From Neophaeotheca triangularis (taxonomy: Eukaryota), in assembly GCA_054600435.1 (NCBI GenBank), contig BAAIJX010000044.1:62001-126000 (forward strand): a DNA stretch of 64,000 bases. Reading direction: 5' to 3'. A model generated the notes under the pieces. That model did no database searches. It saw only the letters and a list, made by a program, of their open reading frames with translations, and had not been told where the DNA came from. Position numbers and translations under genes: made by a program. Shown one piece after another: positions 12,638 through 25,906 of the stretch (position 1 is the stretch's first letter; each line of letters opens with the position of its first letter).

Positions 12638-13291
12638 TTACACCGCACCCTCCGGCAAAACCATCTCCGTCCCATTAGCCTCAGCAACATCCAACCCAAC
12701 CAAAAACCTACTAACCATATTATACCCGGCAACACAAACCGTCAACTCCATCATCATACGATCAACGACCTCATTAACCTCCTCCTCACTCTTCCCCTCC
12801 CCACCCCCGTCGCCCTCTCTCACCTCTTGCGTAAAAGCCTCCCTAACCGCCTCCCAAACCTCCATCCCCACCTGCACCTCCCGCGTACTGTCCTCAGCAA
12901 ACCTCACAACGGCAGCCTGAACCCGACTCCCCCCTTCCCCCAACTCCACTACCCCCTCTCTCCCCGCCTCCAAAACCTTGCTCAAAACCCCCGCACTCAC
13001 GCCCTCCTGTACGGCTAATTTCGAGTGCGCTCTCCACTCATACACCGCCCCCGTGACCACGGCAATCCGACACACGGCCAATTCCAAATACGCCTGGCTG
13101 AGGGTTGTGGTGGTGCGGATTGCGCCGAGGAGGCTGTTCCAACCGCTCGCGATGGAGGGGTTGTGGAGGAGGGCTAGATCGAGGGGTTGGAGGGGCCGCG
13201 GGGAGCGGCGGGCGGTGATTGCTGCGTATGTTTCGTGAGTGGATTGGGGGGCTGAGGGGGACGGGGTGGTTGGGGCGTAGGGGAGGCGCAT
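12638..13291 (-). CDS. Carboxymuconolactone decarboxylase / AhpD-like protein
   Basis: MRLPY...RRSPRPLQPLDLALLH..IASGWNSLLGAIR..ELAVCRIAV..AVYEW.AH and VAGYNMVSRFLVGLDV; the ATG at 13291 is preferred because the upstream part of the ORF is microsatellite-containing low-complexity sequence. Confidence 0.85.
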   Translation of the reverse strand: MRLPYAPTTPSPSAPQSTHETYAAITARRSPRPLQPLDLALLHNPSIASGWNSLLGAIRTTTTLSQAYLELAVCRIAVVTGAVYEWRAHSKLAVQEGVSAGVLSKVLEAGREGVVELGEGGSRVQAAVVRFAEDSTREVQVGMEVWEAVREAFTQEVREGDGGGEGKSEEEVNEVVDRMMMELTVCVAGYNMVSRFLVGLDVAEANGTEMVLPEGAV

Positions 13292-13900
13292 TTTTGTGGC
13301 TTGGGTTGGTGGGAGGTTGGGTTGGGTTGGGTTGAGGTCGAGGTCGTGGTCGTGGTCGCGGTCGTGGTCGTGGTCGTGGTCTGTTTGGGGTGGGTTGGGT
13401 GGATGGTTGAGGGGAGTTGTGGGAAGGATGGGTGGGCGGGAGGAAAGGTTGTTACCTGTCTTGATGTTTATTACTTTGCTTTGGTGGAGGGTTTCGGCTG
13501 ATGCGGTCGGCAATGCGGTACCTACTTCACCTACTCACTGTCTGATGTGGTAATACGTCACATTCACCTTGCAGTTGATGTTGTGCTCGGTCAGCCAAGA
13601 AAAGAGATATCGTGTCATTTCACGTACTCGATGGCATGATATCGTTGTTCATCCCAATGGGGAAGGCATGCCTTCTCGCCGTGTTCAGTCTCAAAAAGGA
13701 AGGAACCATGATGCGGTAATGGTACGACGGAGGTCAGACGCCGACCCTGCCAAGACTTGTCTAAATTATCCGCGCTACTGCAGGTCCCCCGCGGAATATA
13801 TCCCGGATAAAATGCATAGAAATGAAATGTGATGCATTGAAATGCATTGAAAATAAAACTCGCGCCACTTGTGCATAACTCCCAAGACATTACTTCCAAC

Positions 13901-13913
13901 CTCGCACGATTGG
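13901..13913 (+). promoter_or_regulatory. Candidate sterol-response-like element overlapping a reverse CCAAT box upstream of CYP51
   Basis: CTCGCACGATTGG about 220 nt upstream of the CYP51 ATG; resembles the CTCGTACGAT core I recall from Pseudocercospora cyp51 promoter repeats; function is inferred only. Confidence 0.3.
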
Positions 13914-14005
13914 ACAAAACATATGGATGGAATACTAGTAGCGACTGTCGACCGTCTGTCTTTACCACAACAACAACAACAACAACCACCACGACAAGTC
14001 CTTGA

Positions 14006-15888
<1,883 letters not shown>

Positions 15889-16080
15889 ATGTCATTGGGT
15901 TTTTTTGAGGTGGATTCGCTGGTTGGAGGGGTGGATTTGTCTTGGGGAAGGTATGAGAGGATTTTTTGATGTTTCAAGTGTCGGGTGGCTGCTGTAAATG
16001 TGCGTTTTGGTGGGAGGGCAGAGGGTAAATCTTTGGTGAGAGTTTAGACGCTTATACAGATCCCTTGCTTTTATATTAAT

Positions 16081-16360
16081 TCTCTCTTCCCAACCCCCTC
16101 TCCTCTCTTCTTCATTTCCTACCTCTCCCTTCCTCTTTTCTCCTCTCCTCTCCTCTCCTCTTCTCTTCTCTCCTCTCCTCTCCTCTCCTCTTTACTTCCT
16201 ACCTCTCCCTCTCCTCTTCCTCTCCTCTCCTCTCCTCTTCCTTCCTCTCGTCTCCTCTCCTCTTCTCTCCTCTCCTCTCCTCTCCTCTCCTCTTCTCTCT
16301 CCTCTCCTCTCCTCTCGTCTCCTCTCCTCTTCACTTCCTACCTCCCCCTTCCTCTTCCCA
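16081..16360. repeat. Polypyrimidine (CTCTC)n-type microsatellite
   Basis: About 280 bp almost entirely C/T on the + strand. Confidence 0.95.
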
Positions 16361-16624
16361 CCCGTCAGCTATCGACACTTCTCGAGCCGCGGAAGCTACC
16401 AACGCAGATACCTTGGTGCAACCGCGGGCGTAGTCGACTCTCTCTCGGTCTCGTACACTATCCCAGTCAGTCGCCAACCGCAACGGACGCAAGCGGCTGG
16501 CTACAACCGACCCCCATCATCGCCGAGTCGGCTTTTTTTTTTCTTCTTCTTTCTCGCTTCCCTCTTTCTCGCTTCCGCTCGCCGAGAGGAATGAATGAAC
16601 CTGCTGGAATGGGAAAGCTACTCC

Positions 16625-17125
16625 TCGCATCGCATCGCATCGCATCGCATCGCATCGCATCGCATCGCATCGCATCGCGCCGAAGTAGTGCGTACCCGTT
16701 CGGCCGGCTCGCAGACTTGGTTGCTTGTGCGCGCGCGCTGGGGCTTGTATACTCGCTTGTGCTGCTCGGTCGCTCCAGACTTCTTACTTGGTGGAGCGGA
16801 CTTTGGAGGTGTTGGGTGAGTTGGCTGACTAGGGACCATGGGCTGGGCTCGGGCTCAGGCTCAGGCTCAGGGTCAGGCTCAGGGTCAGGCTCCGGCTCAG
16901 GGTCAAGTTCAAGCTCAGGCTCAGGCTCAGGCTCAGGCTCAAGCTCGGGGGAGAAAGCTGACTTGATTTTGTTGTCGCGCGGAAGCTTGAAGCGAGCTGT
17001 AGCTGTAGCTGTGGCTGTGGCTGTTTGTTCTATGCGGAAGCTGGTTGGCTTGGGTTTTACCTACTTACCTACTTTACCTCGTACGACTATGACTATGACT
17101 ACGACTACGACTACGACTGCGACGG
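16625..17125. repeat. Microsatellite cluster: (TCGCA)n, (GGCTCA)n, (GCTGTR)n, (GACTAY)n
   Basis: Visible tandem units near 16625-16678, 16842-16945, 16995-17025 and 17085-17120. Confidence 0.9.
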
Positions 17126-17753
17126 CGTGGAGTCTGGTTGTATGTGATACTGAGATGGCAGTACGGACTCTGCATTCCCCCGGGATACTAAGGCGACGTA
17201 CGCTAGGAGAGCGCGGCCGTGCTTGCTATACCCTGGGTATCGAGAGCTTAGCGGCCTCGGGGAACTTGTAGGGGGGTTTTAGATCCGCTACCCGTACGGG
17301 CTCTCGGGGATGGTAAGGTGGGCGAAGTGGAAGTAAAGTAAAGTAATGTAAAATAAAATAAAGCAAAATTTAATAAAATAAAAGCAACTCGAAGCACACT
17401 AAGAGCAAGGCAAGGTAAAGCAAATACACTAAAGTAAAGCGGAGCAGATCAATAGCAAAAGCAAAAGCAAAAGCAAAGTAAAGATAAGAATAAAAATAAT
17501 AGAAAAGAACAAGAAAATACAGAACCCTCAATAGCAACCTAGACACACTTAACAAGGGTAATAGGCAAGCAAGAATCAGAAGCCAAAGCGTTTGCCTGAA
17601 GGAAAAAAACGAGACAGGAGTAAAAAAATAAAAAAGAGGTAGCTATCCAGCTATACACCACAGCCCACTAGAACCATCCCCTCCCCTTCCCTGCCACGCC
17701 ACCACACACAAACCCTCGCGCTACCGAGAAAATCCCCCCACGCTCTAACCCAC

Positions 17754-20079
17754 TCACTCAGTAATAACCTCCCCATCCAATCCGCCACTCAACCCAGACC
17801 AAAAATTAATCCAATCAAAAACCTCCCGGTGCCAAAAAAGACTATTCTCCCACCCCTGAACCCAATGGCCCTCATCGGGGAAATTCAAAAACCTGCTAGG
17901 AATGCCGCGTTCTTGCAAAATGTTGAAGAGCATAATCCCCTCGCTGACGGGGAGTCTGTAATCGAGGTCGTTGTGGATGACGAACATGGGGGTGGTCCAG
18001 GATTTGATGTGGTCGATGGGGTTGTAGCGTTCGTAATTCTCGCGGTCGTCCCAGAGGGTGCCGTTGAAGTCGTGTTGCATGAACCAGAGTTCTTCTGTGG
18101 CGTATTGGTTTAGGGTTGAGGTGACGCCGTCGTGGACGACTTGGGCGCGGAAGGCGGTCGAGAGCGCGGGTTGGCCGTGGAGCCAGTTGCCCATGTAGCC
18201 GCCGAAGGAGGCGCCCGCGGACACGGCGTTGCTGCAGTTGATGTAGGCCAGGTTGGCGCAGGCGTAAGAGTGCGCGTTTACTAGGTCTTCGTATGGCCAG
18301 CTGCCCCAGCGGTTTTGGATGCGGTCCGTGAGGTTTTGGCCGTATGAGGTGCTGCCGGTTGGGTTGGGACCGACGAGCACGTAGCCTTGGTCGGCCCAGG
18401 TTTTGAGGTTCCAGCGGGTCGACCATGAGTTGCCGGTGACGCCTTGGGGGCCGCCGTGGATGTAGAATATGAGGGGGTAGGAGGAGGATGGGTCGAAGTC
18501 GGTCGGGTGGATGACGACGGCTTGTTGTTGGTCGCCGAGCGTACCTTCGTACCACATGTAGGAGATGTCTTGGGGGCTGAGGCCGGAGAGTTCTGGGTCG
18601 ATTTCGTTGGCGAGGTAGAGGTAGGTGGTTGTGCTGTCCTTTTGGAGGAGGTAGACGTTGTGTGAAGACCAGACTGCGCTGGATGAGACGAGTGCGCTGC
18701 CGTCGGGGAGGAGGTAGTAGTCGGAGACGGAGGTGACGTCGGTGATGTTGGTGGGGCTGTACTCTGCGCCCGCATCGACCGGGAGGATGAAGAGACGTGT
18801 GCTGGCTTGGTAGTCGGATGCTACCCAGAGCTCGTTGCAGTCGTGGCTCCACTTGAAGGTGCTGGGGGAGGAATCCCAGGCGTCTGCGAGTTGAGTGATT
18901 TCCATGGTATTGATGTCAGCGATGTAGACCTTGTTGCGGTCGGATTCGTACGCAATGCCATCTTGTTGGAAGTAGGCGATGCGAGTGCCGTCAGGGGAGA
19001 AGGATGGACCGCCTGAAGCACCTTGAGCGGCGGCTGGGGCATTACTGCCGGGACCATTCAGATTCTTGGCAACTGCAGAGCCATCATGGGGGACGAGGTA
19101 GAGGTAGCTGGCAGTATAATTGGCCTTGGAAAGCTCGGGCGCTTTAGTGAGGAAGACAGCTTGCGATCCTGGGAATTGTCAGTATGATTCAGTCGTCAAA
19201 GTGAAAGGTTTACCAACCATCCGGGCTAAGATCGTAATCCCCACTGCCACCAAACGGCTGCACAGGAGACTCCGGCCTAGTGACGGGAGCATCCATTCCC
19301 TGCAGCAGATTCGTCATCTGGCCATCGAAAGAGTAGCCTTCATGACCCGACTTGAGAGTACCCGCGAAAACGGCATAACGCTGCTGAGTCAAGTATTGAT
19401 CCCAATGCCTGACGTAGATGTTGTCGTAAAGACGACCAGTAGTCCAAGGCTTGGTGGCGAGCTCTTCGTTGTAAGCGCTGCCGTTGTTGGCGTAAGCAAG
19501 GCAGTTCATGAGGAAGTTGATATCGCCAGACTCGGTCATGGTGGCTTTCATGCCAGAGTAGGGCGCCGGGAGGCCACCGATCATGACGCTTGGAGATGAT
19601 TAGCATACATATGGTCGTAGCAAGGTAAGGGTATGGTATTGCTTACGGAGTGATAGGAGAGTCAGCCAAGTCAGCACTCCACATGGACACACCACCGGGG
19701 ATTTGTTCGTTGGTGCCATTGACGTAGATGACGCTGGTGTCGGTCGGTCCAAGCCAAAGCATCTCGGCGACATCAGCACCAAAGGGCAAGTCAGATATCT
19801 CGCCCGATGGCAGTTTCATGAGGTGCCAACTGGTAGAGCTCTCATGGGTATCGAAAGAGTAGTTGGAAGAGCTGTAAACTGCCCATTCGCCGCTGGGGTT
19901 GGGGACATTGGCGCTGTAGCGAGGGGCTGAGATCATTTGCCTGTGAACAAAGAAGACATTAGCAAGTCTAGGATGGCTAGGAGGTAGAGGTGAAGTCGAC
20001 GGGAGGCATACTCAGGCGTCATAGCACGCACAATGGGCAGGAAAACCGCCGTAGCGCTGATCAAGTATCGTAGAGCCAT
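17754..20079 (-). CDS. DPP5: Secreted dipeptidyl-peptidase V (S9 family), 4 exons (20079-20012, 19940-19647, 19588-19218, 19168-17754)
   Basis: Signal peptide MALRYLISATAVFLPIVRA-MTPEQMISAPR; introns 19941-20011, 19589-19646 and 19169-19217 (the last with a GTTGGT donor) keep the frame; IHGGPQG, GASFGG (Ser), DYRLP (Asp) and DEGHWV (His). Confidence 0.93.
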
Positions 20080-20799
20080 GATACAATATTGGCGATTAAA
20101 CTACCCAAGGTATTCGTCTCGAGGAAAGCAAAAGGATTAACAAGACGGACGGAGCTCAGCCTTTATACCACCCCCCAACCCACCTTTTCTCCCCAGCCCC
20201 TAGAAATTAAAAAAAGCCAAGGTAGCTACCCAGATACAGTTCCAACAGGGCACAAGCACTTAAAAGAAACCCACCTCACACAAAGCCGCCTCCATCCGCT
20301 CCACCCCGCCATCTCACTCGCAACCTCCACTGCACCATTTCCCACCATATCCTCTTTCCGCAGATAACACGCCAACCTCTCCAGGGTCATGTAGCATTCT
20401 CACTTCTTAGCCGTGAGCAAAATTCGACCCTTGACCCAAACAGGAAGGACGAGGTAGATGCCAAGACTTGTATAGCCGTCGAAGCGGGGCCGAGAGGTGG
20501 GGAAGCGTTATCGTTATCTTTATCAAGCTTGTCTAAGCGAGCTTGATACGGAGCCGAGCGTGCCGAGCTTTCGGGAGGGAGGATGCTTGGGGTGTCTTCG
20601 CCGTAGGAAGGTGGGGTGGAGTGGGGCGGAGTGGAGTTGGGAGGGGAACGACGAGGTATACTGTCTCCTACTACTACTACTACTAGGTAGTGACTTATGT
20701 GCTACTCATAAAATACCTTTTGCCCCCGGGCTAATTGTATCCGAGAGGCTAGGATAGCATGGACCGGTAAGACACCAAATCATCATTCCCGGTCGGGAG

Positions 20800-22700
20800 T
20801 TAGTGTAGTATCTCTAAGTCGACCCGGGGCAGTGTTAGGGCAATTAGCAAGATAGTGTGAAGTGCTAATAACATTAATACATTTATAGGAAAAGATTAAA
20901 ACTCGGTATCAGTACGCCGATATGGCTACTAATATAATAGCTATACTACTACGCTCTAGACTTTCATAAATGCCGCCCTTTCTTCCCTCCGCTCCTCCCT
21001 AAAAGCCCGCTACCCCTACCTAGAGCTTTAGTTGCCCTTAAGGCGCTATTCAAGTCTTGAATTCAAAAGAGAGCGCAGAAAGGTAGTCGAGATAGAAAGA
21101 AACAGCTTAAGCTTAAGCTTAATAACCCGTCACTACTCTAGTCGCAGGTAGCGCTAACACGGTACTAGGGCCGAGAAGTGGCAGGGGACAATACAGACGG
21201 GCATAGTAAGGCGTTAACGCAGATAGTAGCCTTAGCCGAGCGATTGCAGTACATCCGGTGGATTCGTCGATATGTCGTATAAGGGCTTACGTTTATACCA
21301 CTACGGACACGCGGGTGTAGCCACGATACCGAGTCTCGTAGGGAAGCCTGATTCGTGGTCGTAACCGGGCGTAGGCTGAAAATACCGATGAAGTAAGCGC
21401 AACTCTTGTGACATGTCGCTTCCTAGGGGGAGAATTATGTAAGTAGTCGGTAGTAATTAGTAAACTGAACGGGTTCCGGGTGGAATGGATAACTCTCGCG
21501 TCATGGCTCTTGTCGACGGACATGCCTATAGGTCGTAACTGTAGTGTCTTTCACTAGCCGCCGGGACGCTGGTCTTTAGGCGTGTCGTTGTGAATGTGCA
21601 GAGGGCTGCTTCGCGGGTGGTAGTATCTGTTAGACGTTATGATGAGGTTCTTGACCATAACCCCTTGTGATCTCGTGGAGTTCGCCAGACCCATATAGTG
21701 CACTGGCCCTCTTAATCAACGTCAAGCGTTAACGAAGATTTATCTAGTGTATAAGGACTCGAGCTCTAGTAAGCCGAAGGGCGATTCGAGATGCAGACAG
21801 TGAAGGTTTGCGGAGATGAGAGTGGTTGAATGAAAAGATTCTTCGGCGACGATAACCTGGATCGGGCTGATGAGCTGATGAATAGCAAGACAATATGATT
21901 TGGAGTAAAGGATGAAGCCTGACCAGACCAAGGGTGCAGGCGACCGAATTTTGAGGAAATCGAGGACGAAGGGATCGGAGTGACCCGAACAGGAAGGTAG
22001 GCGGCAAGAATTCGTATCATGGTAGAAGACAGTCATTTTCATATGAGCGCGTGAAGCTGCAGTCTCTTATACGCTATCTAAGTCTTAGCTAGAATAGGAG
22101 ATGAGAAGTACACTTGAGCATGACTACCGCGGACGGTAAGAGCTATCGTTTTGTCATGGTAGGTTGGTGGTCAAGGCGACGCTGTCCGGCTGCAATGAAG
22201 TGGAAGAACACTGCTCGTTGCCAGGTATCGTCTGTGTTGAGCAGCTTCTTGTAACCTTTAGGTGTCGCGAGGCCGGGAGGTGGCCGGTTCGTCGTCGCCT
22301 CACAGTTGACGATGTAGGATGTGAGTAAGTCAAGACGGCCGGAAGCGGAGTCTCTCGGCGAGAAGAACGATGCTGCGCGGATGTGAGGAGGTGCTCAATG
22401 CCGTTTTCGTCGACGAATTGATCGTTTGAAACTGGGTGATCGGTCTTACGACACCGTTACATCTCGGCGTCGTTGTAGGCGGAGCCCTCGACGCACTAGA
22501 TGCGACCGATAGGGACGGCGTGTAAAGGTTCTCACAATACAATATGAGGTGGAATACTCTTGCAGCGCGAGCCTTAGAAGGAGTAGTCGCGACCGAAGAA
22601 CAACTGGATGGTGTTCAGGTCTGCGGTAAATGAGGTTCGGGCGACTTCGCTGTTGTCGCGAGCTCGAGTCACTAGGGCAGCAACGTCCGAGTCTTCGAGT
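20800..22700 (-). pseudogene. RIP-degenerated coding remnants of unknown family
   Basis: TpA-rich; protein-like stretches on the minus strand (PKGYKKLLNTDDTWQRAVFFHF; SQELRLLHRYFQPTPGYDHESGFPTRLGIVATP) broken by TAG/TAA stops. Confidence 0.35.
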
Positions 22701-22750
22701 GGGGCCAGCAGGTAGAGGTACTCAGACTGATGATCGTTACATTAGCCAGG

Positions 22751-23800
22751 TCACTCATCGTACGTGGGAACGGACTTTACTAACCTTGCCCACCTGCTTC
22801 TGTACTTCCGTGGATTCAGCACCAGGCCACTCCTGCGCATCGTTGTACTTTGTCCATGCTGTAAACCCGCAGAGGGAGGGCTCAGCACACTCGCCTGGGC
22901 TTTGTCGTCTAAGGGTGTAGTAGTGCCCGTACGACGTCGCTGTGCCGACATGAACACCGATTGCCTTAACGAAGTATAGGCCAGGGGCTTGAAGTCTTCC
23001 TCTCCATCTTGCTGTTCGAATCGGACATTCGAAGCTCGTAGTTGGCTCATGTCTCGGCACGCTCTCTGCCTGAGAGCTTGGGCAAATGCAGCTGCACCAG
23101 CAGGAGTCCTCTGGTCAATGCCATCAGGGATAGGCACCTTGGCATACCTGCCAGTGGTTGGGGGAGCCAGATCAGGAGTGCTGGCTACTGAACCCATTCT
23201 TCTTGGGGAAGACATGGGTGTCTCCTGAGAAGATTTCGTCCTTGGAACAGGCTGGTGAGCTGTCTGTATGTCAGTAAAATTCCCGCGGAAATTGGCCTGC
23301 AGACACTGGCACTTACAGGAAAAGTCGCAACGGTCGAAGTGGTTGCTGTAACCACAGTTCCCATAAGCACCCTTCATAAACTTCTTCCCCTTGTGCTCCA
23401 GGGTGATGCAGTTCTTCCAGGGGCCGTTGCCCTTCTTACATCCAGTACAAGCTGCATCTCCTTCATGAATTTTCCTGCCCTCAGCAGCCTGGGTCATGGC
23501 TGCAGGGAGATAGTTGGTGTTCTTTGTGGAGACTAGGTTGAATTTCTTCTCCGACAGAGTCTCAGGTTCATGCTTGAGAGACAGGGATCTGTCTAAAGCA
23601 TAAAACTGCTGAGCTTCTAAGTTGCGAACTTGGGCAGGCAGTTGCTTGAGACCCCCATAAGCATGGATGTTCTTCAGATCGTCGGCTGGATACATGTGGT
23701 TCTCTACACCAATGTCAGCGACCTCCCAAAAAACACCCTACCACAAAGCCGTGAACTCACCTGCAACTTGTGGCGTAGAAGGCGAATTTGCCACGCTTCA
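22751..23800 (-). pseudogene. DUF3716-like Cys-rich protein gene, probably damaged
   Basis: CTGCKKGNGPWKNC...GAYGNCGY...RCDF matches the CxxC-GP-C-CxNC-Y-C pattern I recall for DUF3716; introns 23704-23760 and 23260-23316 have canonical signals; in-frame TGA at 23798-23800 and an apparent Cys-to-Tyr change. Confidence 0.6.
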
Positions 23801-25906
23801 GCGTCCTTGCGCTTTCTTGAAGCTGTAGATGGGGTTCGATAAGGCAGGGTGTGCAATTGTATATACGAGTATTTGGGGGTTATATGAAGAAAAGGACGAC
23901 AAAGGAAACATAAGACTTGGGAAGTACGAGCGGGGTAAGGACTGAGTGAGATAGTAACATTGCTGAGATATTGGGATGCCAGGGAAAGAGGAATGAGGTA
24001 AAGGAAGAGGAAAGAGGTAGATAATAAGGTCGAACAAAGAAAAGTTGGAAATCGCCAGCCTTGTTGCTTAATACTTGGCCTGCGCTGAGCTCAAGCTATC
24101 GACTGTCGCTTTCCGTCCAGGGGCTTTATTGGAGAGGCGGTGAGAGCGGTTACGTTGTAAACAGAGACAGCAAGAAAGCTGCGACTCTGGCTCGGGATTT
24201 GGCTGGACCGGAAGGCTGAATTTTTCCCACAAAAGTCGGTAGCTAGTCACATACCTGATTCGGCCAGATCTTTGAAGCTGAGCACTGGCGGCGATAACAA
24301 GTCCACAGGTTGAGCTCGGAAGACCCGGAGGGTCTCAACACCAAGCAATCTTAGCCCCTAGCTCGGCAGGGCTCGATGCAGACGGCGGGAGGACAGCTCA
24401 TCACTAGCTGTAAGAAGCCGAAGACCCCTAAGAACAACAGCTCACAAGTGATGGCAGCTTTTGCAGTGTCCAGCCATCAGTAGCAAGTTTCCGGGTGGGT
24501 AGGACTCAGGTTTCGGTAAGACACCTAGCCAGCTCCTCGCCAGCTGCAAGAAGCCGAAGTGCCGCTGAAAACAGCTCACAAACGACGACGGCCTTGGTGT
24601 CAGTCGATCGTTGGTGTCAGTTGACCGTTAGTGGCAGCGTTCCATGTGACAAGGGCCCAGGGTTCGATTGCTACGTGAGCCTGTCAGCTCGAGTGGAATT
24701 CTATGGTGAAGGATGCCGGATCTTGGCCAGCGTAGAGGAGACGGCCGCGGGAGAATGAATGCGATGTGCGGAGTAGACCTAGCTTTGTCGGTAACTAGGC
24801 GCTCAAAGAGCTGGCTAGGAGAATGCAGATGCTCTTTCTTTCTTTTTTTTTTTCCACGGACAGCAGACCAAGGCTTGGCCCTCAGGCGACGTCTCCAGAA
24901 GGCGTTGTTACTCCCGATTCTCTCGCAAAAGTTCCGTTTAGTAAAGTAGACGCCCAGGAATCTCCTTCATTTCGTGGACGAAAAAGCCCGTTTCAAAGCA
25001 AGGGAGGTCTGCAGGTTCCCGTTTTTGTCGAGCGGGGTCGCGATAACAGGCGAACGGTAAGCGAGAGGCTGCATCTTTAACGAGACAGATGTCGCTTAAC
25101 AGCCTATCACGCTGCTTTAGCGACTTTATGGGGCGGTAGAAGGCTGTCTGATGTCTCTACTTACAGTAGTATTACATTTAGCTGCTGTCTTCTAGTGTAG
25201 ACGTAGCTAGGGTAGTTTCCATGGTCGATGGCGGGGTGCTGTATTGTGTAACCAATTTCTCTGCTTAAGGTAAGTAGGTAAATAGAGAGGAAGAGAGAGG
25301 TCGAGGAGATGTAGAGACTAAGGCAGTATATCGATAGAGGTTCTTCTAAGCAGCGAATCCGATGTAGCCCCACTTCGCCCCGTAAGCCTGACTACATGCC
25401 ATGGCGGCAAGAGGCAAAAGCACCTACGTGTCCCGTGACAACCGGAAACCGCCGCGGTTAGGGAAAAAGGCGGTTGCAGGACTTCGTTCCAGGCAAACCA
25501 TTCTGACCACCATGCGATTGGGCGCTTTGCCGACTCGCTTAATGAAATCCTCGATATCGTCAATAAAGTGCAAAAGCCGGACATAAGATGAAGAGTGCGA
25601 TGGAGCGTGAGCGAGAGAAGGGCTGAGCACAGTCGACACTCGCGGGCCATGTCGATGTTGGTGTTCATGCCCGTCGAAGCAAAGATGTCCTACAGTATCT
25701 CCTCCATCCATTAAGCTGATGGTGTTTGGCAATGTGTTGGCTTCGCAGCAGCCACTGGCGTAATGCTGCATGTCAGCTGCGCAAGGCTGTGTTCAGCCGC
25801 AGCCCTCAGTAAAAGGAGTCGTCGCCGCCAACATGGCCTGTCTTTCGGAGATATACCACCAACTCTTACAGGTAGACCCGTAACCCATCATCACCATCAT
25901 TACATC

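Noticed and set aside
13292..13513. 74-aa N-terminal extension of the CMD protein
   Set aside because: Includes a (GACCAC)n microsatellite and C-rich UTR-like sequence; family-like sequence starts at MRLPY
16591..17271. 226-aa ORF with SHRIA and GSGS repeats
   Set aside because: Open only because it crosses microsatellites; no domain and no gene-like codon pattern
20765..24525. 12-bp direct repeat CGGTAAGACACC at 20765 and 24514 as element boundary or TSD
   Set aside because: One 12-mer match is expected by chance over several kb, and the second copy does not coincide with a compositional boundary
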